From positions 4,340,001-4,404,000 of the forward strand of contig OU015568.1 of NCBI GenBank assembly GCA_907165135.1: DNA of 64,000 nt, written 5' to 3'. The position numbers and the translations under genes are program-made. The DNA comes from Oikopleura dioica (taxonomy: Eukaryota > Animalia > Chordata). Below the pieces are notes generated by a model that saw only the letters and a program-made list of their open reading frames with translations, had not been told where the DNA came from and made no database searches. Positions 11,201-22,823 of this stretch are shown piece by piece. How positions within the stretch are numbered: the stretch's first letter is position 1; each line of letters opens with the position of its first letter.

Positions 11201-13645
11201 GCCGAGACCTGTGGCAATTCTGACTGGACACCGTTGACCGCTGAAAACAGCGCTGATTTTGGCTTTGGCGCATGCCCAGACTGTGGCGATAAAACGCTCG
11301 AGTTGACGCGACACTGCAAATGCCAGGAAGCAGATGGGCGATTCCGCTTTGGTGATTTGACCGTCCCCGCGTTTTCAACCACATTTGCTCACTTCCAACA
11401 CGACTGCACTTTGGCCACAGGAGAAACTGTCGAAAACTCATTCGCCGGAATCCCTTACATTGCCAAACAGACCAAGGTTTGCGATGGCAGCTGCTGCGAG
11501 GGATGGCAACCATGGGGAGAATGGGGAGTTTGTGACGATTCCTGCTTCGATTCTCAAAACGGCGCTCTCAATGCAACGGATTTCCCAAGATTCCAATCTC
11601 GTCAGCGTACTTGCGGATGCAACGGGACCGAAGTTGCTACTGATTTTTCAAACTGCCCAAGTCTTGATGGCACCCAATTCCTCCCACTAGAGACCGAGCA
11701 ACGAGCCTGCGCATCAACTCCTAATCCTTGTCCTTACTGGGCTGCATGGGGTCCATATTCTGCCTGCTCCGCTACCTGCCAATCAGTCCTTTTCGACGCA
11801 GCCGCTGCTCCTGGTGCGCAATGCACTGCAGATCCCGCTGATGCCGGCGCTTTGAGAACTCGCGAACGAGGTTGCCTCTTTGGAGATGTTGGCAGTGCTG
11901 GATGCCCAGAACCTGATCGATCGGAAACTATCGCCTGCCAGCTTGGAGACTGTTGCCAGTACGATCAGTGGAGTGCTTGGGGTGCGTGCTTGACGGATGC
12001 TGGTGAATCATGCACTGCAAACGGACAGCCAGGAAAACAAACTCGACAGCGCAATACAGTCTGTGGAGACCCGACTGTCTGCGACAACTGCAATCATGTC
12101 GAAGAGTGTGAACTTCCGAAATGCCCGGCTTGGGCTGAGTGGGGACACTGGTCCGAGTGCAGCATGTCCTGTGGACAGGGAACCAAATCAAGAACTCGAG
12201 ATTGCTGCGGCGCTGCTATTGGATCAGGTAACGAAAATCCAAATTTTTAAACCGAATGTAAATCAAGATGCGTGCCCGTGCCATGGAGACTTTGACATTC
12301 CCCAGTGCGATTTCGGCGGCGACACTTGCACCAATTACTACAAGACTGGCGCTCAGCTCGCTCTTTGGACTGCTCGAGTCGATAACAATCTTCATGACGC
12401 TAACGACCAGGGTTACATTGATATCATGGATTGCCAAGTGAAACCTGTTTGTCGTAAGTTTTTATTTCCGGAGAGAAGAAAATGTTAACGAGGGGGTAAT
12501 TGCTAAATAGGCTTGTTTATTGCTTAAGAAGGTAAAAGCTTCAAAAATTGATGAACTCTTAAAACGAGGAATTTACCGGCTTCCGTCTCTCTATGCATCG
12601 TTAACCGACTTGATCATAAAAAATAATCTGCAATGGACTCTAGAAAGATCAAGAGTGAACCCTTGATGATCCATTTTTTCAGCTTATCTTCAAAAGTGGC
12701 GAACACCAACGAACTGGTGTGGACTGAATGGAGCTCATGCTCAGTTACTTGCGGAAATGGCGTCGAGCGAAGACAACGAGTTTGCGTCTTTGGACAATTG
12801 GGAGTCGACCCAGAATGCTCTGGCATGATTCACGAGGATCGACCTTGCTCTGGCTTGCCTTGCCGTAAGAACTTGAAGAGGGAGGAAGTACTAATGGCTA
12901 TTTAGCACGAGTATCTGAGTGGGAAGCCTGGTCCGATTGCTCTGTCACTTGCGGAATGGGAGGTGATCGATCGCGAGTCCGAACTTGTGAGAAGCCCGCA
13001 AATGTCACTGCTGATTGCACCGAACCTTTGATTCAAAACCAAGCTTGCAGAAATAGCCCATGCCGTGAGTAATTCTTTGATAGGTGGATATCACCGATAA
13101 TCCTAGCAATGCTGACGATGTGGAGCCAGTGGACTGCCTGCAGTGAGGAATGCGACTCGAGAATGGGAGTGACAACACGGGAACGAACCTGCGAGCACGG
13201 TATGATTGGAGAAGATGGATGCGACGAGTCCGCCTATCAATCTCAATTCTGCAACCAGGATGTCCCCTGCCGTAAGTTGCAGACAACAAAGATTGATTCA
13301 GAATCTGACAATGATATTTCTAGCATCTTGGGGCTCCTGGAGCGCATGGACGGCCTGTCGCGAGATTTCGCAAAACATTTTCGCGCACTCCCGAACTCGA
13401 AGCTGCGTAAATGGCCCACTCGGATCGCGAGAATGCCCCGTTGACGGAGCCGACCAAGAAGCTCCCTGCGACTCGGAATTCTGCGCACAGACACAAGTCG
13501 GTGGCGTCAGGTATTTTCTTCTTTCATTTAACGGTTTATTTAACATTTTTCTTCTAGTGATGACAACGAGGTGTACATTCCTCGAGGAGCCGCAACTTCT
13601 GTTTTGATCAGTTTTACCTCTTTCCTTCTCGCACTTTTCTTGTAA
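5269..13645 (+). CDS. Secreted thrombospondin type-1 repeat protein (~11 TSRs) with signal peptide and GPI-like C-terminal signal; contains a ~4.3-kb transposon-filled intron
   Basis: MIKSIATFSALAAVARA signal at 5269; repeated WxxWxxW/CSxSC/RxRxC motifs (WSNWSAWGRCSQSCAGGVTQRTRSC, WAEWGHWSECSMSCGQGTKSRTRDC, WTEWSSCSVTCGNGVERRQRVC); last exon ends GAATSVLISFTSFLLALFL*. Linking the 5.3-6.5 kb part to the 10.8-13.6 kb part is inferred and needs several 1-nt indel corrections. Confidence 0.75.
6905..10832. mobile_element. 3.9-kb non-autonomous TIR element (TSD ATAA) carrying an internal satellite
   Basis: ATAA|GGGATCCCCCGATTT ... AAATCGGGAGGGGATCCC|ATAA; no transposase ORF inside. Confidence 0.7.
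8103..10304. repeat. Tandem satellite, ~39-40 units of 54-56 bp, each with a GC hairpin
   Basis: Unit GGAACGGGGCTGAGACGGCCCGAAGGGCCGTCAAGCCCCTTAAATTCAAAAATCAA; by eye, units differ only in C4/C3 and A5/A4 run length. Confidence 0.98.
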
Positions 13646-13949
13646 AAATCACAACAAAAGGACCTTTTTCTACTTATTTTTCTATGATCCTGATTGGATA
13701 GAAAATAATAAACGTACTTGAAAATATTTATGCATTAATTCATCAAAGAAAAATCAAAAAATATGATCGAAAAGTCAATAATCTGCTCAAAAGTGTGAGT
13801 AAAAGCGAAGAAACCACATCCTCTAAAACCTCCTGCTGAAAGTTCGACTATTGATTTATCCCTATCGCTTATGATACTTAGCCTGTTGACACCCCAAAAG
13901 CCCCTGTGCACGGGAGGCCTTACTTTCTTCCTTCCTTCCTTTTATAAAA

Positions 13950-16900
13950 GTCGAGAATCTCGAGAATGACCCCGTTGACATTGAAACAGAGATTGGAAAA
14001 TCACTGGAAGAAGAAAAAACTAATAGGTTGTTGATTCAATTTTGTTAACAGTGGATTCAGTAATTGCGTGATCCTTGGAATGTTGAATTATTTCTAGAGG
14101 AATTTTCCTTGTGGGAAGAGGAACAAGCTGAGAAATATGCGCAGAAGACAGGCACGCCTCCGGGATCTCCATATTGCGGTCGGCATATTGTTTATGGTAC
14201 GTAACTTAGCGAGTTTACTGATAACATGACAAGATTATTCGCTCGTAGATAGCTTTTGGACTCTATTTTTCTAGAAATCATGATTTTTTCGCAAAAATTC
14301 ATATTTATAATGTAAACTATTTTTTTTCAATTATTTTATAAAAATTTTAAAATTATTTATTTTTTTCAATTTTTTCGCCGAAAAATTTTATTTTCAATGT
14401 TTAAGCTTCAAAAAGGCATCTGAATGATATTTTGACCAGCTAAATGATATATTTCTTCCATCCCTTTTTTCGATTCAATGAGGGCGCTCACGATCCCGCG
14501 ATCGCGATATCTGCGCGTATTTCTGAGCTGTCACGAAAAGACGAAACCGAAAAAGAAAACCTTTTTTAGAAAGCATTTTTGTTCAAAAGAGATATAAAAA
14601 AGAAGAAAAAAGAAAAAGAGATGGCTTATTCGCGAAGATACGGCCTTGGTCGGAGTAAGTACAGTATTGAGTTTTTCCATGATTCCGTTTGTCTGGCGAT
14701 AAGAGGAAGATAAATTGGAAGTCGTAAGATTTCCGCGCAGTTCTCAAGCCGCCAGAAGTGGGAAATAGCGGAAGATTCTGACATGGGCGCAAATATTTTT
14801 CATGAAATTGATGAAAACATGAGTTTTCCGACCATTTTTATTATGGGGCGACACTAGGAAAGTCTCCGAATGTCTCCGAATGTCTACGAATGTCTACGAA
14901 TGTCTCCGAATGTCTTCGAATGTCTCCAAATGTCTACAAATGTCTCGGAAACCTGTTTTCGAAGCTGTTTTTGCTTCTTTTTGGTGACATAGGGAGACAT
15001 TTGGAGACATTTTGAGAAATTCGGAGACTTTCCATGTGCCCCTTATTATGATATAATAAATGTATGGTAATTTTGAAGTCATGAATGATAAATTTGGAAT
15101 TTTTCGAAAATCACAAAATTTCGCCAAATTAAACTTTGTCTCGTTACTTTGTCTTTGATGTGTCACTTAAAATTGTGGCACACTTGAAATTGGCTCGCTG
15201 GCTTTTAAACTCTGGGGATAAGTACAAATGTCAAACCGTAAAGCCCATAAATTAATCTTGTAAAGGCGCTGACTTCTTTTTGTGGAGCAGATGCTTCATT
15301 TTTACACGTAACGCAGCCGAGCGTTTTATACAAACTCATTTTTCTTTTGATATGAAATAGTCGCACTTTATTTTTCAAAACTAAGAAAGAAGAGGAAGAC
15401 GGGCCAGAGAAATCGCTTTCTGAAAACGGGGTGTTTTTGGAATGGATCAGAAAGGTAAATAGAGAAATAAGCCAAAAGATTTTGACACCCTTAATCCGGG
15501 ATGGTGCCTGGAACCGACAAAAAAATTCGACAAATTTTGCGTGGAAATTTTCAACCAATTAGAATTCGGCTCACGGGCCAATCAGGAGCCAAGAAGCCGC
15601 CCACGCAAAATTCTTTGGGAATTAAGGGGGTGCCGTCAAGAACTAACAAAAAATTTCGACAAATTTTGTGTGGGCGGAAACTCGGCTGCTGATTGGCAGT
15701 TAAGCCGACTCCAGGCTTCTGATTGGTTGAAAATTTTCACGCAAAATTTGTCGAAATTTTTTGTCGGTTCCTTAATTTTTCGTCAAAAACATGTTTTATC
15801 ATAAAAATTTATTTACCAATATTTCACTATTCATGTCGAAAATTTTGTATGTCTGGAATATTTGTACTGTAGACAAGATCAAACGTTATCGCACTTATCC
15901 GGCCACGGGAGTTTCAAAAACTCATTAGCGTCGATTACGTCCGGATTTCAAAACGCGTCTCCGATAATCCTCAAATTTTGGTGTCATAAAAATGTCAAGC
16001 CATTCTTGAAACAGAACAGCTTCAAAAAGGGACTCTGAGAACCATTTTCGCGCATTTTAACTGAAAGAATTAAACAGGAAGACAAGAGATAGTGGATTAA
16101 CGATATGGCATTTCACAGCTTTGTTCTGATCATAAATGGTAATTTTCATTTTATAGCGCTCTCTCTCTCTTTTAACATCCACTTTTTCGACAAGGTCAAG
16201 GCTGCCGAATCACTTCTTTTAGTGGCCAAATTGATTATTTTATTTGTATTCTGAAACGATTTACGAGAAGAAAAGCTTTTTTGAATAGGGCACTAATTAC
16301 TTCCGCCCTTAATTAATTACCATAAAACTAACCTTTCCCATGCTTTTATCATCTTTAAGGGTACAATCATCGATTTTGGTGGGGTCTCTTACTTTTTGCC
16401 AAATCGACGACTATACCCTAAAGCTTTGTGATATACAGGATATTAATAAATAAATGAAATCGAGAGATTTTTTCAAGATTTATCAACTTAAACAGAAATA
16501 TCTTCACTCATCAAAACATACAGTCTAAAAGACTTTCCACGTGACCGCTTATGTTTGTGAAGGTTAAGAAGCCACAATGTGGCATTGTGGCTTTATGTCC
16601 TCTACCCGAGTTTGGTTTCATTTTTTGACTTGTCATTCAACTCATTTTTAGACAAAATATTGCGAAAAAGATATGTATAAATAAACGCGGCAAAAATATT
16701 ATAAATGTGATTATTAAATATTATAATGTGAGCCAATACTGGAGATCGTCCTCGATACAGTATCAAAAAGGCGAGATAAAACAGGAAGCCCTAAAATCGT
16801 GGAATCTCGCTTCAAGCTGCTCAAATTTGCAATAATCCGTATTTGAGCATCTCCAAAATGAAAATCGCAAATCTGAAAAATTTCCTATTTGCTCTGCTGC

Positions 16901-19900
16901 TCGTGGCGCCTTGCTGCTTATTAAAAAACCGCAACCGTGAACGAGAGTTTCTTCTTTTTTTTCTAAAAATCTTTCAAGAAGGGCAAAAATGACTTTGAGA
17001 AAAAATGGAAATAATTATAAGAAGAGAGATAAGAATAATAACAGATCGCAGATGCTGTGGAAAGTTGACATGTGTAAGATTTGATTCTGGGGCATCAAGA
17101 AATGATAATGTTTTTTTTCTTGCTTATCAGTTAAGGAGGTAGATATCAAGAATCGGGATTTTCTGGCAGACTTTTCTCCCAATCCTAACATAGTGACCGA
17201 TGATTTTTTTGTTTTAATAAAGAGTTGAGGCCCTTATCTCGTGCCTATGGAAGGCCGATTTCTAAATTTCCAGAAAAAAATCGTAAAAAATGGCGTTGAA
17301 AACTCGGAAATCGCTAAAAATGACCATTTTCTTGGCAGACTTTTCTCGAAACCCTTATATTGAGCGGAATTTATTTTCTTCTGAGAAGTTAGATCAGACC
17401 CTTGTCTAGATCCTATGAAGGCCAGAATTCAAAATTTCAAAAATTTTTTTTAGAAAAAAATCGATTTCCTGTTTTTCGCAATTTTCAACGAAAATATAAA
17501 ATTTTGAATTTATATTCAGCAGTATTAAAATCATTCTATAAATGTTCCCAGGGGTTTCTGTTAATGTTTTTTGGACGAAAGCTAAGTAATTATTTATTTA
17601 ATTACTAAAAACTGGTCGATCTATTATAAAAAGGGCAAATTTTCGAGATTTTAGAGGCGATTTTGTGAAAAATCACGTGGTCTAATTAAAAAATTTTTGC
17701 TTACAAGTTTTCTCCTTGACCTCGAAACTATACGTAGAAAAAGTTTGAAGCGAAAAAATGGAAAATTTTTTTCTTGATATCGACCTCCTTAAGGACCCCC
17801 GTCAACAACTTTCCTAAAAAATCGAAAATTTCAAAACAGCCATATTTTAGCTTCTGAGTGTGCCTGGAAGTTAAATTTATCATAAAAACTTGCTTGTTGC
17901 ACTTTTTGACCAATAAAAATCTGAAATTTAAGCAAAATTGGGACTTTTTCGTCATTTTTCGTCAAAAAGTCCAATTTTCAAACGGGATTTTGAGGATGTT
18001 AGAGTCAAGATAGACCCCCAAAAAATGAAGACTCAAAATCGTTTTTTGACCTGTAGAATCCATTTCCGGGGCCAAAATTTTGAAATTCCGAAAATTGATT
18101 TTTCGAAAATTGTTGACGGGGGGGGGTCCTAAATTATTAAAGACAATTTTGTCATGGTGGGATGAACAAGCATAGTATTTGGTTAGCTTTTCTTATTATT
18201 TTCGAAGATAAGGTCCTCACTAAAATATATATTGTTTAGATGAAATTCAAATATATGGTCTTTTCTTTTTGAATAACTTTTCTCAAAATATCTTATTGGA
18301 TTTTGAACTCGAAGCCCACTTGATTCGTTGAACGGTTTCTTTTACAAATTTTTTCCTTCAAAAATCGCGAATCTTTGACCTTTACTCTTGCCTTGCCTAT
18401 CTATCAATCATTTGATCCGCCACTGTCACTCTTATCGCCCAGAATTTCAAAATATTTGACAGAAAATCGGAATCTGAATTTTTCAGAGTGACGGAAATGC
18501 ATCTTGGATGCGAAATTTTTGAAAAGGTCAATGTCATAAAGCATGTTTAGTTTTGAACATAGTTATATCTGCTTTTGCGAGAAGGTCAAATGTCAAATTA
18601 TACGCATTTTTCTGTGCTACTTCCTTTTCTGAAAATCAGAAATTTTTGAGAAAGCAGGAAAATGAAGACAAATGGTAAATTGAAAATGATTTAATTTGTT
18701 GAGTTTATTGATTCAATAAATGCCCCTCGCGGGAATCTTCCTGTTCCCAGAAAACGTCATTTCTGGACGTAATTGACACAAGAATTTGCTGATTTTGACC
18801 ATCAACAATTTGAAATTTGACGTAAAATTGTCAACAACAGGAATTTTTCCTGGGCTCCGAAAATGGGACCACCCTTAAGAAACTTAATTTTTAAAGGCAA
18901 ATCGGGCTCAAAAACCTGTGTAGAAAACCTGAGTCAGGAATTAAAATAGCTTAAGGGTACTACCTTCGATTGGCCGAATGACCGGAAAAAGTGCGGTAAT
19001 CGAAGGCAGCACCCTTAAATCAATTTTGGCGGAGCCGCTTCGCGGCTTTCTTTTCAAGAAAAGCCGCTTTGCGGCTTCTGATTCTAGCTCGTTGACGCCC
19101 TTATCGAGATTTTCCTCCTTTTTATTTTGGACTGAGAGCTAGAAATTCTTCCGTTTATTTTTTCTTCTCCTCAAGTTGAAATCCGATTTGGTCAAAAAAA
19201 TACTCGCTTCACTAGATAAATTTTGAGAGCGCGCGGCCGGGAATCCAGGGAACACGCTTTTCGAACAAAGTTATTACGCGCGGTTACACCTGCGTCCACG
19301 TTCTGACAAGAACGTTTTAGAGATGTGACTCGTGAATTCTTAAAAAGGCTTAATTTTTTCAATTCTGATTTCAGAGAAGGTTCGTGCTTCTTTCTAATGA
19401 CGCTACCGCGAGATAAGTGAGCGCCGGAAGTAAATTGATAAGCTAAGAAGTGGATCAAGTTGTCATCTCAGAGGAGATGATAAAGTGAAGCACAAGAATA
19501 CCTTTAATGATGCGAACCGGTTTCCCACACTCTCCCGTGTCATTTCAAGGACTGATTTTTAAGGGAGAAGAGTCTAAGAATCGGTATTTTCGTGACCAAA
19601 AATGCTGAAAATCCTGATTCGAAAAGAGAATATTCAGTTGGCAAGTTGCAAGAAAAGGGTTCGAAAAATCAGCCGGCGAGAATCAGAAAAAATTTTGACC
19701 AGAAATATCGGTCAAAAATACCGTCAAAGAACGGCCATTTTTAGCGAAAATCCACCAAAAATGGCCATTTTTTTACAATTTCTAAATTTCGCCCCCTTAA
19801 TTTTTTATAATCATCACCATAAAAGTATTTTGACTTTTTCGAATCGGACTTCAACCCGAGCCGTTCAAATTGGCTCTTTATAGAAAGTGATTATGAAATA

Positions 19901-22570
19901 GTCATCAACATACCGATAAATTAATATAAACTGTTAATAAATTTTCAGGCAAAGAAACAGAAGTCAAACCCGAAATCATCGATGAAGAAGTAGAAAGCCA
20001 ATACAACTTCGGTCCAGTTCTCGGCCGGTAAGTGCTGCCTTCTTTCAATTAGGGCATTCCTCCAGCAGGGAAAATAACAAGCCACAAAGAGGCTGTGTGA
20101 ACTAAACACCTTTTTAAGTGGCGCATTTGGTGTGGTCACGAGAGCTTCTAAAGACGGAACTGAGTTCGCGATCAAGACGCTTAAATGTGTCAGACTACAG
20201 GAAACCGGTTAAGATAAACGAATTCCTAGTTTCTTGACCTTTTCGACGAATAATTAAGACTATTTTTTGGAATAAAAAGAGGCATTTTTCCAAAAAAAAA
20301 TCGGGCAAAATCATCTTCAAAGAAAGAAGAGAAGAAAAATCTAAAAATAGTAGCTTCTAAAATCATTCTTGGATAATCTTTAATTAATCCGGCTCTGAGC
20401 AAAGAAAAGACGCCGAGCGCGAAATCGCAATTCTGCAACAGTTGGACCACAAGAACGTGTGTCGCCTTACGGCCGCCAGGAAGAGTGGACGAAATATTTT
20501 CATGATAATGGAACTGTAGGTCAACCTCTTTTACCCGTTTTTACTGTTGATTTTAGATGTACAGGCGGCGAGCTATTCGATAAAGTAGCCCAGGACCATC
20601 TTTTGAAAGAAACCACGGTGACGGAGTATTTGCGCCAGATTTGCCAGGCGCTTTCGTATTTACATTCCAAGAACATTCTGCACCTTGACCTTAAGGTGAG
20701 CCCTCCGTTTCTTGAGAAAACAGACGCTTTCCCGTTTGATTATCCCTCGCTTTTCGCCTTTTCTGTTAGTTTTTTCGGTATTTTAAAGGACTAATTCTAG
20801 CCGGAAAACGTCGTTATGGCACGTCCCGATTGTGACACGATAAAAATAATCGACTTCGGAGGGGCTCAGTTTTTCACCAAAGGGAAGGTAAATAAAGTCG
20901 CGAGTTAGAGCATTTTATGCAGTCCAAGTATTTTTGAATTTTGATAGGCTGTTCGGACGATGTTTGGAACGCGCGAGTACATGGCACCGGAGACGTTAAG
21001 CTTCGAACCTGTCGAGTTGACGACTGATATGTGGTCTGTTGGAGTTCTGGCTTATAATCTGTAAGTAAAACTAGAATTTCTTCGTAAAAATAAAGAATTG
21101 CCATATCTATTTTTATACTCGGTATTTATTGTTTTTCAAGAGAATTCTTTCTAAGACGTCTGAATACAGTAATACAAAATCATTTGAGTCATTTCATAAA
21201 TCATATTTGATAAAGTTCAGTCAAAGTAAATAAATATTAGTTTTTTTATGGTTATAATAAGTAAACAGGATTTCGCTTTAATAAATTTTCTCATACATGA
21301 TAAAACTGTGCTTCTGCTTCATTTTATAAAGCTCTATTCTCAATTTATCATAGTCAAGAAGAAAAAAAGATAATAATTTCTACTTGTGTTTCATTTTCTT
21401 AATTTTCGAAATTATCGATCTATTCATTCGTATTTATTCCTAATTTTTAGCGCCCTCTTTTGTGCGTATGTTTTCGATAACTATCTACTGGGTAGTTAGA
21501 ATCCACTTTGTTAAGATCGCAAAGGCAAGATAAACCGCGATTCCACAATACAGTCCTCCTATTCTCGCCACCTGTTACTTCGATGAAATTTTCTAGGCAA
21601 TGAAATGAAAATTTAGGCTATCCGGATTGAGCCCATTTGCCGGAGATGACGACAACGAAACCGAGTGCAACATCCAAAACTGCGAATGGGATTTTGACGA
21701 GGAAGAATTCGACAAAGTTTCCGACGAGGCAAAAGACTTCATTTCCAATCTCTTAGTTTTTGGAACCAACGACAGATTGAACGCTGACAGAGCGCTGGAA
21801 CATCCTTGGTTGAAAACGATAAAAAGGATTGAAGAAGGGCCAGAGCAAAAGTTCGAAAGAAGTTTGTCAGTTTCTCTGATTGATAATCTCAAAGCGCTGA
21901 TAGCAAGGAGGAGATGGAAGCGAGCAGGCACCGCGATTAGCTGTAAGTCGAGGCGATTATTTTTTTATGAAAACTTTATTCTAGTACTTGGTCGAATAAG
22001 TGGATCTTTAACGACCCCTCCCGCTGGAATCTCTTCTTTGAAATCAACCCCGGATCCGCCTCACAAAGCAGATATCATCACAGAAGACGAAAAAGAAAAC
22101 CACAAAGAAAATATCAGTGAAAAAACACAACTTATTAACGATGATAAACGATTGAGTGCGAATCAAAATAGCAACAATAACACCAGAATACCAGCCATTG
22201 AAAAGAAGGAAGAAAAGAAAGAAAATTTGATGAGCAATATTGCCCAAGATATTTTTTCATCAATGAAGTTTAAGGTTTGTTTAGAAAATCTCTTCCTTGA
22301 TTTCTGAAATTTCAATTTAAGCCGCCACAAGAGGACCAAGCACGAAAAATTTCGTCAGAATCTTTTGAATCCTCAGAATCTGGAATTTCCATCGATCATG
22401 ATTCAAAAAGCTCTGATCACATCAAACCCCTAGCTGACCCTTTGAGCAAGGCAAAAGCGCCCGAGAGAAAAGATTCAGGCGTAAGCTCGACGCAAGAAGA
22501 AGATGATATCATCATAATCAGAAGGAGTAGAAGAAGAAGCACACTTCAGAAAAGTAAAATCTCCGCGTGA
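13950..22570 (+). CDS. Myosin light chain kinase-like CAMK-group kinase; catalytic exons 19949-21945, putative 5' exons ~13950-14196
   Basis: LGRGAFG, FAIK, EREI, ELFD, HLDLKPENV, IKIIDFG, YMAPE, DMWSVGV, LSGLSPFAG, HPWL; MLCK-type CaM-binding segment ARRRWKRAGTAI; the 14197-19948 intron is phase-1 compatible but its assignment is inferred. Confidence 0.85.
14845..15042. mobile_element. 198-bp MITE with 10-bp subterminal tandem repeats (GAATGTCTCC), TSD TTAT
   Basis: TTAT|GGGGCGACACTAGGAAAGTCTCCGAAT ... ATTCGGAGACTTTCCATGTGCCCC|TTAT. Confidence 0.85.
15496..15772. mobile_element. Two adjacent, oppositely oriented copies of a foldback MITE carrying paired CCAAT boxes
   Basis: GGAACCGACAAAAAAATTCGACAAATTTTGCGTGG ends in inverted orientation; related copies at 28720-28845 and 60487-60648. 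Confidence 0.85.
16359..16418. mobile_element. 60-bp micro-MITE / hairpin (GGG...CCC, TTAA-like flanks)
   Basis: TTAA|GGGTACAATCATCGATTTTGG ... CCAAATCGACGACTATACCC|TAAA. Confidence 0.6.
17793..18129. mobile_element. 337-bp MITE (GG...CC termini, TTAA/TAAA flanks)
   Basis: TTAA|GGACCCCCGTCAACAA ... TTGTTGACGGGGGGGGGTCC|TAAA. Confidence 0.7.
18955..19014. mobile_element. 60-bp micro-MITE with TTAA TSD
   Basis: TTAA|GGGTACTACCTTCGATT ... AATCGAAGGCAGCACCC|TTAA; 17-bp TIR with 2 mismatches. Confidence 0.75.
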
Positions 22571-22823
22571 AAATAAGCAATGCTGTTTTACATCATTTTA
22601 CCTCAGCTTCTGTATTCCTTAAATTTTTTAACTATTGCCTGTCTGATAAAAAGTTCAACATAATGTGTATATAAATAGGGCTCTGGGTAGACTTTATTGA
22701 ATTTTTCAATAATTGTGGTCGATTGTCAAAGCAGTAATAGACGGCGAAATAATTGATGGATTGGCAGAAAAGGGTGCAAGCAAGTGAGGTTAGTAATGAG
22801 CTTGAACAAGGTGTAAACTTCAT

